The notes beneath the pieces are model-generated. The model was not told where the DNA came from. It saw only the letters and a program-made list of their open reading frames with translations, and made no database searches. DNA of 64,000 nt from Clostridia bacterium. GTDB taxonomy: Bacteria; Bacillota; Clostridia; TANB77; CAG-465. Where the stretch lies: contig JAZSNU010000020.1 in assembly GCA_045536565.1 (NCBI GenBank), positions 32,001-96,000 of the forward strand, given 5' to 3'. The position numbers and the translations under genes were made by a program. This document shows, in pieces, positions 1 to 9,789 of this stretch (positions are counted from its first letter, which is position 1; the number at the start of each line of letters is the position of its first letter).

Positions 1-432
1 AAAGTATCTCCAAATACACACAATAATGAAATACTTGAAAAGCTTGGTAGTAGTAAGTTAGAAGTTGGTATGAAACTAGCAGATTTATTGAAAAGAACCG
101 AGTTAAATTATACTAATACAAAAGAATTAGATAAAGCAAGAAAGGATCTTCCTTTAAGTGTACAAGAGCAAGTAGAGATACAAATTAAGTATGAGGGATA
201 TATTAAATTACAACTAGAACAAATAAATGCTTTCAAAAAGTTAGAAACAAAAAAACTAAGTATTGATATTGATTATGAGCAAATAAAAGGTTTATCCTTA
301 GAAGCGAGACAGAAATTAAATAAACAAAAACCAATATCAATTGGACAGGCATCTAGAATATCAGGGGTTTCACCATCTGATATATCAGTACTTCTTATAT
401 ACATAAATCAAATGAAGAGAAAAGGAGAATAG
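1..432 (+). CDS. mnmG: tRNA uridine 5-carboxymethylaminomethyl modification enzyme MnmG/GidA, C-terminal part (5' end lies before the window)
   Basis: Frame is open from base 1; C-terminal motifs IKYEGY, GLSLEARQKL, SIGQASRISGVSPSDI; lies upstream of rsmG. Confidence 0.95.
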   Translation, partial: KVSPNTHNNEILEKLGSSKLEVGMKLADLLKRTELNYTNTKELDKARKDLPLSVQEQVEIQIKYEGYIKLQLEQINAFKKLETKKLSIDIDYEQIKGLSLEARQKLNKQKPISIGQASRISGVSPSDISVLLIYINQMKRKGE

Positions 433-439
433 TTTTCAC

Positions 440-1171
440 ATGAAAATGAGTAAGGAGGAATTTATACATACTCTTATATGTAGAGCAGCAGAAAACAATA
501 TAAAAATAGATGAAACAAAGGCAGAAAAAATGTTTTTATATAAGGAATTATTAGTAGAATGGAACGAAAAAATAAATCTTACATCTATTACAGAAGATGA
601 AGATATTATAGTAAAACATTTTATTGACTCTTTGTTATGCGTAGAATGCATTAAGGAAAATAGTCAGATAATTGATGTCGGTACAGGCGCTGGTTTTCCT
701 GGATTGGTGATAGCTATATATTTTGATGGGAATGTAAGTATAACATTGTTAGATTCTCTACAAAAAAGGGTAAATTTTTTAGATTTAGTTATAAAAGAAT
801 TGGAATTGAAAAATATACAGGCTATACATGGGAGAGCAGAAGAATATGCCCATAAAGAAGAATTTAGAGAAATTTACGATATAGCAATAGCAAGAGCGGT
901 AGCACCGTTAAATGTTTTACTAGAATATTTATCTGGATATGTAAAAATTGATGGTGAGTGTATATGCATGAAAGCATTATCTATTAATGAAGAGATTAAT
1001 AAATCTAAGAATGCAACACAAGTTTTAAATTTAGAATTGTTAAAAAAAATTACAATAACTATTAAATATACAGAGGATATAACCAGGAACATACTTATAT
1101 ATACAAAAAACAAATCTACTCCTAATAAATATCCTAGAAGTTATGGAAAAATTAAAAAAAGTCCGCTATAA
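440..1171 (+). CDS. rsmG: 16S rRNA m7G527 methyltransferase RsmG/GidB
   Basis: WNEKINLTSI, KHFIDSL, DVGTGAGFPG, ARAVA motifs; synteny with mnmG and parAB. Confidence 0.97.
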   Translation: MKMSKEEFIHTLICRAAENNIKIDETKAEKMFLYKELLVEWNEKINLTSITEDEDIIVKHFIDSLLCVECIKENSQIIDVGTGAGFPGLVIAIYFDGNVSITLLDSLQKRVNFLDLVIKELELKNIQAIHGRAEEYAHKEEFREIYDIAIARAVAPLNVLLEYLSGYVKIDGECICMKALSINEEINKSKNATQVLNLELLKKITITIKYTEDITRNILIYTKNKSTPNKYPRSYGKIKKSPL

Positions 1172-1183
1172 AGCGGGCTTTTT
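1156..1183 (+). terminator. Intrinsic terminator after rsmG
   Basis: Hairpin AAGTCCGCT-ATAA-AGCGGGCTT followed by a T run. Confidence 0.7.
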
Positions 1184-1257
1184 GACATTTATAAAAAATA
1201 TGATATAATATACGGGCATAAAATATAAATCTAAATTATAATTAAGGAGGAATAGGT

Positions 1258-1575
1258 GTGGATAAAGAAAAAGCATTTTTAATATTAAATGAAAATAGTC
1301 ATTCGTATAATTTTGAACTTAGGGATGCTAACGACAAAACATTGTACAAATTGATGTTTTCTAAGACTTCTACTCGTAATATAAAGAAAGCTCTTATAAA
1401 TAAGCTTATAAAGATGTTTAAAACAAACGGTATAACAAGAGTTTCTATTATTTTTTATGGATATAATAAAATATTTATAAGAAATATAGTTAAGATGTTG
1501 GGAAAAGAAAATATCAATATATTGGAGTTTAAAGGGAAAAGACCTATTGATGAAGAAATAGAAAATATAAACTAA
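1258..1575 (+). CDS. Hypothetical protein, possible degenerate ribosomal protein uS11-like paralogue
   Basis: Strong RBS AAGGAGG and own sigmaA-like promoter (TTGACA at 1182); residue pattern resembles uS11 (see findings). Confidence 0.55.
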   Translation: MDKEKAFLILNENSHSYNFELRDANDKTLYKLMFSKTSTRNIKKALINKLIKMFKTNGITRVSIIFYGYNKIFIRNIVKMLGKENINILEFKGKRPIDEEIENIN

Positions 1576-1600
1576 GAGATTTTAGAGAGGAAAAAAAGTT

Positions 1601-1888
1601 TTGAAAAAGATTAATTGTAAACATGGATTGCACCCAAGAGAAGAAATTGCTGCTCGGAGAATGAGAAGAGCAATAGAAGGCTCTGTGTTAGATAGCGAGG
1701 AAATTGTAAAACCAAAAATCAAAGAGATATATAATTTGTTTTTGATGGATAATCCAAAAAATTCAAAAAATATAGTACGATTGTATAAATATATACAAAT
1801 TAATCATAAATTTGTATATTCCGCATTTGAAAGATTAAATGGATATAAAACATTTACTGATTATGTAATTAAAAATAAAATAATGTAA
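1601..1888 (+). CDS. Hypothetical protein
   Basis: 95-aa ORF with GAGAGG RBS; no recognised motif. Confidence 0.55.
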   Translation: MKKINCKHGLHPREEIAARRMRRAIEGSVLDSEEIVKPKIKEIYNLFLMDNPKNSKNIVRLYKYIQINHKFVYSAFERLNGYKTFTDYVIKNKIM

Positions 1889-1966
1889 TATTTTTTATTG
1901 AAAAGAGAAAAAATAATGTTTTTCTCTTTCTTTTTTTTGTATTTTGTAATATAATATCGAAGAGAG

Positions 1967-2755
1967 GTGGAAAGAAAAATGCCGAAGATAATTGCAATAG
2001 CTAATCAAAAGGGTGGAGTAGGAAAAACAACTACTTCAATAAATTTAAGTGCTTGTGTAGCAGAAAAAGGAAAAAAAGTATTATTGATTGATATAGATCC
2101 ACAAGGAAATGCAACAAGTGGGTTAAGTATAAATAGCCATAGTGAAAATTCAGTATATAATGTGCTTGTAGATGACATAAAAATGGAAGATGCTATAAAA
2201 CCAACTATGATTAAAAATTTACATATTTGTACTTCTAATATAGATTTAGCAGGTGCAGAGATTGAATTAGTGTCATTAGTATCACGTGAAAATAGACTAA
2301 AAAATGCATTAGAAAGAATGGAAGCAAAATATGATTATGTGTTTATAGATTGTCCTCCGTCGCTTGGAATTATAACATTAAATGCTTTTACAGCAGCAGA
2401 TAGCGTTATTGTACCAATACAATGTGAATATTATGCTCTTGAAGGATTAGGACAACTTGTTAATTCAATTAAACTTGTGAAAAAACACTTAAATCCGGAA
2501 TTAGAAATAGAAGGGGTTCTATTAACTATGTATGATTCTAGAACAAAATTATCATCACAAGTTGCACAAGAAGTAGCTAAGTATTTTGGGGAAAGGGTAT
2601 TTGAAACGGTTATACCAAGAAATATAAGGTTAAGTGAGGCTCCAAGTCATGGACTACCAATATCTATGTATGATCCATTGTCAAAAGGAGCAAGAACATA
2701 TAAAAAACTTGCAAAAGAATTAATCACAAAGCATAAGGAAGAAATTAAAAAATAG
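1967..2755 (+). CDS. soj: ParA/Soj chromosome partitioning ATPase
   Basis: IAIANQKGGVGKTTT deviant Walker A, DIDPQGNAT, DCPPSLG, IPRNIRLSEAPSHG. Confidence 0.97.
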   Translation: MERKMPKIIAIANQKGGVGKTTTSINLSACVAEKGKKVLLIDIDPQGNATSGLSINSHSENSVYNVLVDDIKMEDAIKPTMIKNLHICTSNIDLAGAEIELVSLVSRENRLKNALERMEAKYDYVFIDCPPSLGIITLNAFTAADSVIVPIQCEYYALEGLGQLVNSIKLVKKHLNPELEIEGVLLTMYDSRTKLSSQVAQEVAKYFGERVFETVIPRNIRLSEAPSHGLPISMYDPLSKGARTYKKLAKELITKHKEEIKK

Positions 2756-2764
2756 GAGGTTAAT

Positions 2765-3643
2765 ATGGCAAAAAGTTCAAAAGGGTTAGGAAGAGGCTTA
2801 GATGCGTTATTTGATGATATAGAAGATGTTAAAACAGTAACAAAAAAAAGCGATAAATTAGGGGAAGTTATAGAGATAAAAATATCTGATGTAGAACCTA
2901 TGCTTAATCAGCCAAGAAAAATATTTGATGAAAAGAAATTAGAAGAGTTAGCAGCATCTATTAAAGAACATGGAGTTATTCAACCAATACTTGTTGTGAA
3001 AAATGAAAATGGATATACAATAGTAGCAGGAGAAAGAAGATGGAGAGCATCTAAATTGGCTGGACTTGAAAAGGTTCCAGTTATAATAAAAGATTATACT
3101 GATACAAAGAAAAAACAAGTAGCACTTATAGAAAATATTCAAAGAGAAGATTTAAATATAATAGAAGTAGCGCAAGCTTTAAAAGAATTAATGGATATGG
3201 AAGGCTATAATATGGCTGATGTATCAAGGGTTACGGGAAAGAGTTTATCTGGTGTTTCAAACACAATGAGACTTTTAAAACTGCCTGAAAAAATACAAGA
3301 TAAAGTATTGGATGGTAAACTTGTTGAAGGACAAGCAAGAGCTCTTCTTGCAATAGAAGATGAAGAAGAACAATTAAAATTAGCAGATAAAATAATTGAA
3401 AAAAAACTAACAGTTAGAGAAGTTGAAAAACTTATATACAACAACGATAAATATAAAGTTAAGAAAAAAAATGTTGCAAAAAAGATAGGAACAATATATA
3501 AAGCAGTTGAAGATAAATTAACGGAATATTTTGGATTAAAAGTAAAAATAGACGCAACAAAAACTAAACCTAAATTAGTAATAGAATATTACGATAATGA
3601 AGGTTTGGAAAGAATATTAGAAAAACTTAAAATTGAATTGTAA
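2765..3643 (+). CDS. spo0J: ParB/Spo0J partitioning protein
   Basis: N-terminal GLGRGLDAL, QPRK, GVIQPI, AGERRWRA, LIENIQREDL. Confidence 0.97.
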   Translation: MAKSSKGLGRGLDALFDDIEDVKTVTKKSDKLGEVIEIKISDVEPMLNQPRKIFDEKKLEELAASIKEHGVIQPILVVKNENGYTIVAGERRWRASKLAGLEKVPVIIKDYTDTKKKQVALIENIQREDLNIIEVAQALKELMDMEGYNMADVSRVTGKSLSGVSNTMRLLKLPEKIQDKVLDGKLVEGQARALLAIEDEEEQLKLADKIIEKKLTVREVEKLIYNNDKYKVKKKNVAKKIGTIYKAVEDKLTEYFGLKVKIDATKTKPKLVIEYYDNEGLERILEKLKIEL

Positions 3644-3654
3644 TAGAGGTTTTT

Positions 3655-4161
3655 ATGGGTAGTAATATATTTTCTTTATACACGGTAAGTATTTTAGTTA
3701 TAATATTATTTTTTCTTGTTATACTAAATATAGCAATGATTGTCTTTTTCGTGTTGCAATACAGAAAAGACACAAAAAAGTATAATAATATATGGAGTAA
3801 ATTTAATAATAAAGATTTAGAAGATGACATTCAAAAATTAATTGATAATATGAGTAAAACAGAAAAAGAATGTCAATCTTCAAAAATTCTTTGTTCTGAG
3901 ATAAACGGAAAGATGACTAAATGTGTTCAAAAGCTAGGTTTTGTAAAATACGATGCATATGAATCTGCAAATAATGGACTTAGTTTTGCAATTGCTTTAC
4001 TTGATAATGATGATAATGGTATATTATTAGATAGTGTATACAATAGAAACTATTCAAATATATATGCAAAAGAAGTGGTAAATGGTGAAGTTAAAGGAAA
4101 TATTTCAGAGGAAGAAAAGGAAGCATTAAAAAAAGCATTAAATGATAAAAGTTTTATGTGA
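3655..4161 (+). CDS. DUF4446-family membrane-anchored protein
   Basis: N-terminal TM segment; QKLGFVKYDAY...LSFAIALLD...NG...YAK motif; usual position after parB in Clostridia. Confidence 0.75.
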   Translation: MGSNIFSLYTVSILVIILFFLVILNIAMIVFFVLQYRKDTKKYNNIWSKFNNKDLEDDIQKLIDNMSKTEKECQSSKILCSEINGKMTKCVQKLGFVKYDAYESANNGLSFAIALLDNDDNGILLDSVYNRNYSNIYAKEVVNGEVKGNISEEEKEALKKALNDKSFM

Positions 4162-4227
4162 AAAACTTAATATTAGGTATTGACATTTTGTGTTATTGTG
4201 TTATAATTATATTACTGTTCGTTATTT

Positions 4228-4316
4228 GGAAGAGTGTCCGAGTGGTTTAAGGAGCCAGTCTTGAAAACTGGTGATGTCGAAAGGCACCGTGGGTCCGAAT
4301 CCTACCTCTTCCGCCA
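4228..4316 (+). tRNA. tRNA-Ser(TGA)
   Basis: GGAAGAG acceptor, anticodon arm CCAGT-CTTGAAA-ACTGG, long variable arm, encoded CCA; T-loop reads TCCGAAT. Confidence 0.93.
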
Positions 4317-4417
4317 TTATAAAATAGAAAGAAGCAAATCTTCTTTCTATTTTTATTACATTAAATATTGACTTATTAGGAAATTAGTATATAATATATA
4401 ACATAGATTGAATTTAT

Positions 4418-4510
4418 GGAGAGTTACCCAAGAGGCCGAAGGGGACTGTTTGCTAAACAGTTAGTGTCCAATTACGGGCAGCGAGGGTTCGAATCCCTCA
4501 CTCTCCGCCA
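4418..4510 (+). tRNA. tRNA-Ser(GCT)
   Basis: GGAGAGT acceptor, anticodon arm ACTGT-TTGCTAA-ACAGT, long variable arm, GGTTCGAATCC, CCA end. Confidence 0.96.
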
Positions 4511-4587
4511 AAAGTAGCATTATCATTAGATAGTGTTATTTTTATAAGTATATAAAAATAGTGGTCATTTTTGACCACTATTTTAGT

Positions 4588-5052
4588 TTAACGAACAGCA
4601 TATTTTCCTAGTTCTAATTCTATTAAAACATTATCTTGTTTCATATCATTTACATATGCTCTTAGAGTAGCAAAATTTGTTTTTGGAAAAGCTTCTCGTA
4701 GCATAGTTAATGTAAAAACTTTTTCTTTAAGGATATATGCTTGTACTTGAGAAAGTATTGTGTTAGGTTTTTTAGAAATATTTGATTTAATATTTTTCTT
4801 TTTGAGTTGTACTTCTTTTTCATCGTTTTTAATTTTAAATTTTTTTTCGCTATTGACTACAAGTGTTGTTATATCAAAATTATTTTGAATAATAGATAAA
4901 ACTTCATCTATTTTATCATTTGAAAAATCTTCAATAATAACTTTACCTTTTTTAAAATCAAAAGATAATCTACTCTTCTTACCTAAAAGTTTTAATAATT
5001 CTGCGATACCTTTATTTTCTTTCTGTATTGTTGTTACAAATTCAAGTTTCAT
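4588..5052 (-). CDS. Hypothetical protein with probable C-terminal winged helix-turn-helix
   Basis: RBS GAAGGAG; C-terminal pattern FTLTMLREAFPKTNFATLRAYVNDMKQDNVL...GKY resembles a wHTH. Confidence 0.55.
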   Translation of the reverse strand: MKLEFVTTIQKENKGIAELLKLLGKKSRLSFDFKKGKVIIEDFSNDKIDEVLSIIQNNFDITTLVVNSEKKFKIKNDEKEVQLKKKNIKSNISKKPNTILSQVQAYILKEKVFTLTMLREAFPKTNFATLRAYVNDMKQDNVLIELELGKYAVR

Positions 5053-5247
5053 GACAAATCTCCTTCATAATTATATTAAAAATCGATTTTTTCCTTATAT
5101 TAATTAAGGATACTATTATAAAAACTAATATAATTATATCATTTTCTTGTAAAAATGTCAATTTTATGTAAACACACAACCTTGACATTAATGATATAAT
5201 TAAGCAAAGTGCATAAATTCATACTTTTAATAAAGGAGGAAAAAAAG

Positions 5248-5745
5248 ATGTTAACTAATAAAGAAAAGATGTTTTTAGAGAATATCGCGAAAAAATTGCA
5301 AGAGAATATAGGAATAATAAGAGAACCCAATATATATAACTATGTTAATCTCTTAGAGTTAATTAAAGAACAAAAATTTTGTGTTGTTTTCGGAAGTTCT
5401 AGTAATTGTATAGTTGGAAATAGTATATATTTGAAATGTGAGGAACCTAATGAAAATTATACGGATGAGGAATATGTTAATTTTCAGAAAGATTTGTTAT
5501 ATCAAATTTGGAAAATAGCAAAGAAAAAATATTCAATTATTATGATGAAATACACAGAAGTAGACGCTGGATATTTTTTTAGGGCAATGCTAATGCCAAA
5601 GAAAAGCTTTAAGGAATTTGTCTATAAAAATACAGAAATCAATGGTTGCTGTAATGTTAATGAGGTAGCAAGGGAATTCAATGTGGATTATGTAGAAGTA
5701 ATTAAAAGAGGAAATGAATTAGGTATTTGGAATAAAAAGGTTTAA
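5248..5745 (+). CDS. ImmA/IrrE (DUF955)-like protein lacking the HEXXH motif
   Basis: ATG 5248 after AAAGGAGG; C-terminal EVDAGYFFRAMLMP...VAREFNVDY...RGNELG resembles the ImmA/IrrE C-terminal pattern. Confidence 0.55.
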   Translation: MLTNKEKMFLENIAKKLQENIGIIREPNIYNYVNLLELIKEQKFCVVFGSSSNCIVGNSIYLKCEEPNENYTDEEYVNFQKDLLYQIWKIAKKKYSIIMMKYTEVDAGYFFRAMLMPKKSFKEFVYKNTEINGCCNVNEVAREFNVDYVEVIKRGNELGIWNKKV

Positions 5746-5848
5746 TTTATAAAAGCTTGCTAGTTTATACTGGCAAGCTTTTGTTTTTATTGAAATATGT
5801 ACCATATTATGATATATTTTTACATTATTTATATAAGGAGGATTTTTA

Positions 5849-6619
5849 ATGATAGCATTAGTTACAGGAGCATCATCTGGGATTGGATATAATATAGCGA
5901 AATATCTGAGCACAAAAGGATATGATATAATAGCAGTAGCAAGAAATAAAGATAAATTAGAAAAATTGAAAGAAGAATGTGTCTCAAATGTTGAAACATA
6001 TATCGTTGATTTATCAAAACAAAAAGAAGTAGAGTGTCTATATGAAAAGGTAAAAAGTAAAAATATAGATGTTTTAGTAAATAACGCAGGATTTGGAGCA
6101 TTTGGTAATTTTGAAGATATAGAATATACAGCACAATTAGAGATGATAGATGTAAATATAAAAGCTTTGCACATATTAACATATTTGTTTTTAAAAGATA
6201 TGAAGAAGAGAAATACAGGATATATCCTGAATATAGGATCTGTTGCTGGATTTTTACCAGGACCATTAATGACAGAGTATTATTCAACAAAATCATATGT
6301 TTTAAGACTAACACAAGGTATAAACAAAGAGCTTAGAAAAGCAAAAAGCAATGTATCTATTAGCGTTTGTTGTCCTGGACCTGTTAGTACCAACTTTAAT
6401 AATGTAGCAGGTGTTAAATTTGGTCTTAAATCTAAAACAAGTAAGTTAGTAGCACAAAAAGCAGTAGACGGTATGTTTAAAAGGAAAGAAATAATTTGTC
6501 CTGGGATAAGTGAAGGAATCGTAAAGATATCACGAAAATTATTCAGTGATAGGATATTAGCAGAAATATCATTTCATATGCAAAAAAAGAAAGAAAATAA
6601 AGGGAAAAATAGGCGTTAA
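5849..6619 (+). CDS. Short-chain dehydrogenase/reductase (SDR)
   Basis: TGASSGIG, NNAGFG, YxxxK (YYSTK). Confidence 0.93.
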   Translation: MIALVTGASSGIGYNIAKYLSTKGYDIIAVARNKDKLEKLKEECVSNVETYIVDLSKQKEVECLYEKVKSKNIDVLVNNAGFGAFGNFEDIEYTAQLEMIDVNIKALHILTYLFLKDMKKRNTGYILNIGSVAGFLPGPLMTEYYSTKSYVLRLTQGINKELRKAKSNVSISVCCPGPVSTNFNNVAGVKFGLKSKTSKLVAQKAVDGMFKRKEIICPGISEGIVKISRKLFSDRILAEISFHMQKKKENKGKNRR

Positions 6620-6821
6620 AAAGCCTATTTTTATATATTTTTAGCGTTTACATAAATATTGACAATGTAATTAAAGTGTGATATACTACTATCGTATAAA
6701 AAGTAAAATGGGAAAAGTATAATTGCTTTTCTAGGAAGATAAATTTGGAAAATAATAATGGTTAGCCATTTTTAATATAGATAATTCAAAAAAATAAAAT
6801 GAAAAAGGAGGAAAAAAGCGT

Positions 6822-8918
6822 ATGAAACGCATACTTTCAATTTTGCTTGCAATCATATTGATATTAACAATATCAACATCTGTATTTGCTAGCTATGACC
6901 CTACGGGATATTATAACCCATATAACAACAGTTATAATTCCTACAACACATATAGAGGTGATGATTATTCTAACACATCATTTTCTAATTATTATGGAAA
7001 TCATCGGTTAAGTTCATGGATGTCTGATATAGAGGTAGCATATAATTATCCTACATTATATGAAACATTTCAGAGACCTGTTACAAGAGGTGAATTTGAG
7101 CTGCTATTTTTAAGAACTGTGCAACATTCTCTCGAAAGACAAGGATATTCAAGACTTATGGCTGGATATAATGCGGTACCTTTTAAAGATTACGGTACAG
7201 TTAATCCATATGCTCAATCAGAGGTTAATGTATTATATTCCAATGGTCTTCTTGTTGGATATGAAGATAACACAATGAGATTTAATCAGCCAATAACGAG
7301 AGCGGAAGGTGCTACAATTTATTGCAGATTTAACAACATATTATTTAATATGGGTCCTCAATATAATCAGAATAATTACACCGGATATAATGATTATTAT
7401 AACAACAATTTTAATAATTATTATATCAATTATGCATATTATACTGATATTAATGGCCATTGGGCAGCACAGTATATTATAACAGCATCTGCTAATGGTG
7501 TTCTTCGCGGTGTTGGCAATAATTATTTTGATACCGAAGGTCAGCTTACAGTTGAACAGGCTTGGAAAATGATTGATTGTTGTGTAGGATATATGGGGCT
7601 TACAAGAAGTGATATTGCTCACGGCATGGAAAAAACTTTCAAGATTAAATTTAAAGATATTGACGATGATTACTATGTAGATTCTGTAAATGGTATTAAA
7701 ATAACAAGGCTTTCAACATCAACAACTTCTATTTCTATGAATGTTGGTGAAACAAGAAATATCAAAGTTTCTATTTATCCAACAAATGCAACATATCAGA
7801 AGATGAGTTGGAGTTCATCAAACACATCGGCTGTAAGTGTAGAAGAAACTTGGAATCCAGCTAAGGGTACAGCAAATGTTGCAATTCGTGCAAGAAAAGC
7901 AGTATCGGGATATGTTAATCTAACTGGTCGTGTACTTGATGGTTCAGGTAAAACAGTAACTGTACAGGTTAAAGTAAATAATAACTATAACGATGGTTAT
8001 TACGATGATGGATATATTTCATCAATTACAATGTCTGAAAGCGTTATATATTTAAATCCTGGCGAAAGTGTTCAGATTAATGCAAGAATCAGACCAACAG
8101 ATGCATATAACAAAAATCTTACTTGGTCATCAAACAATTCTAGTATTGCTCGTGTTACAGACACATACACAAGTGGAAGTAATTCATATGCTACTGTAAC
8201 AGCAGGAAATATTGGGGAGACATATGTATATGCAAATGCGAGAGATGGTTCTGGTGTGTCAGGTTATGTAAGAGTAGTGGTTAGAAATAATAATACAGCG
8301 CAGACAATAACATCAGCTATTGCAAGTCCTTCATCGGTAACGCTAAATATTGGTAGTTCTCAGAATTGCTATATAACGGCATATCCAACAAATGCTACTG
8401 ATAAAGAAATTAACTATATTTCGGATAATTCTAATATAGCAAGGGTTGTTAAAAATCCTAATAGCAGTATTCAAATAATTGGTGTTGGAGTAGGAAGTAC
8501 AACCATACGAGGAATAGCAGTAGCAACAGGACAAGAAGTTTGTAGTATACCTGTAACAGTAAATTCACAGTATGTAAATCCTGGTCCAGGGGTAACTGAT
8601 AATAATCCACCTGTTGTAACACTTGAAGGAGCAACATCTGTAAATATTGGCGATACTATTACTATTATTGCTAAAGCCCATGATGAAACATCAATATCGT
8701 CATTTGTAGTTGGTGTAAATGATATTATAGGAATGACTGGTTCACTTAGCCCTGTAAGAATAGATAAAATATCTGATACAGAGTATAGAATCACATTAAT
8801 GGGTGTAGAAGTTTCATCTCAATGCATATGTATAAAATCAGGGGTGGCTACTGATACTGCTGGAAATGTAAGCAGCGAAAGTAACGAAATTGTTGTTTTT
8901 GTAAATAGTGGAGAGTAA
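6822..8918 (+). CDS. Secreted S-layer homology (SLH) domain protein with Ig-like (Big_2-type) repeats
   Basis: Signal peptide; SLH motifs GLLVGYEDNTMRFNQPITRAE and YTDINGHWA; three repeats like PTNATYQKMSWSSSN / PTDAYNKNLTWSSNN. Confidence 0.88.
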   Translation: MKRILSILLAIILILTISTSVFASYDPTGYYNPYNNSYNSYNTYRGDDYSNTSFSNYYGNHRLSSWMSDIEVAYNYPTLYETFQRPVTRGEFELLFLRTVQHSLERQGYSRLMAGYNAVPFKDYGTVNPYAQSEVNVLYSNGLLVGYEDNTMRFNQPITRAEGATIYCRFNNILFNMGPQYNQNNYTGYNDYYNNNFNNYYINYAYYTDINGHWAAQYIITASANGVLRGVGNNYFDTEGQLTVEQAWKMIDCCVGYMGLTRSDIAHGMEKTFKIKFKDIDDDYYVDSVNGIKITRLSTSTTSISMNVGETRNIKVSIYPTNATYQKMSWSSSNTSAVSVEETWNPAKGTANVAIRARKAVSGYVNLTGRVLDGSGKTVTVQVKVNNNYNDGYYDDGYISSITMSESVIYLNPGESVQINARIRPTDAYNKNLTWSSNNSSIARVTDTYTSGSNSYATVTAGNIGETYVYANARDGSGVSGYVRVVVRNNNTAQTITSAIASPSSVTLNIGSSQNCYITAYPTNATDKEINYISDNSNIARVVKNPNSSIQIIGVGVGSTTIRGIAVATGQEVCSIPVTVNSQYVNPGPGVTDNNPPVVTLEGATSVNIGDTITIIAKAHDETSISSFVVGVNDIIGMTGSLSPVRIDKISDTEYRITLMGVEVSSQCICIKSGVATDTAGNVSSESNEIVVFVNSGE

Positions 8919-8928
8919 ATTTCCTTAA

Positions 8929-8955
8929 AAGACGGTTAGTTTAACTAGCCGTCTT
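8929..8955 (+). terminator. Intrinsic terminator
   Basis: Hairpin AAGACGGTTAG-TTTAA-CTAGCCGTCTT. Confidence 0.7.
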
Positions 8956-9009
8956 GTATTTTATATAATAAATATAAAAACACTTCATATAATTATATGA
9001 GGTGTTTTT

Positions 9010-9720
9010 GTGTCTTTAATAGGAATGTTTTTAAATTCATATATATTTGGAATGCTTAGTAATTTATTCGGTGCAATAATAGGCTTTATAGGCAACATCA
9101 AAAGCCAAGAAGATACAAGTAAAATAACTGCTTTTACAGCGGGAATAACCACTTCCATTATTTGTTTTGAAATGTTAGTAGAATCTTTTGAAATAACAAC
9201 CAAATATATAGTAATAGTATATATTTTAATTGGTATAGGTTTGGTTAAAACAATAGATATATTAATATATAAAATAAATAAAAATTCCAAAAATAATTCT
9301 GCGTTGTTAATTATAACAGCAATGTCAGCACATAATATAACGGAAGGAATTGCTATTGGGTCTGCTTTTGGATTATCTAATAAACATGGCTTGTCACTTC
9401 TTATAGCCATAATGCTTCATAATATACCAGAAGGTATGATCATATCTGTTGCCTCTAAAAAGCAGAAAAACAGTATAAAACCCATTATTAATGCATGTAA
9501 CATAATAGGCATATTTTTAGGAGTTGGTACAATGGTAGGAAATGCTCTAGGAAACATGAACAATAGCGCTGTAGCACCTTGTTTATCTATTTCGGCGGGT
9601 GCAATGTTATACATAGTGGCATGTGAGTTAATACCAGATATGAATAGTATAAAAAACAATAATAGAATAGGTATAATATATACAATTGGTTTCTTAATAG
9701 GTTGTATAATGTGTGTGTGA
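9010..9720 (+). CDS. ZIP-family metal transporter (ZupT-like)
   Basis: HNITEGIAIG and HNIPEG motifs, AGAMLYIV..ELIP, multiple TM segments. Confidence 0.9.
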   Translation: MSLIGMFLNSYIFGMLSNLFGAIIGFIGNIKSQEDTSKITAFTAGITTSIICFEMLVESFEITTKYIVIVYILIGIGLVKTIDILIYKINKNSKNNSALLIITAMSAHNITEGIAIGSAFGLSNKHGLSLLIAIMLHNIPEGMIISVASKKQKNSIKPIINACNIIGIFLGVGTMVGNALGNMNNSAVAPCLSISAGAMLYIVACELIPDMNSIKNNNRIGIIYTIGFLIGCIMCV

Positions 9721-9789
9721 TAGATTGACTTTAAAGTGGATTTATGATAGTATTATCATGTGTTAAAGGGGTAATGAGGTAATATAGTT

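Noticed and set aside
6895-7445. TATAAT/AAC-rich quasi-repeats in the SLH gene as a possible array
   Set aside because: They encode Asn/Tyr low-complexity linkers; there is no fixed repeat-spacer period, so not CRISPR.
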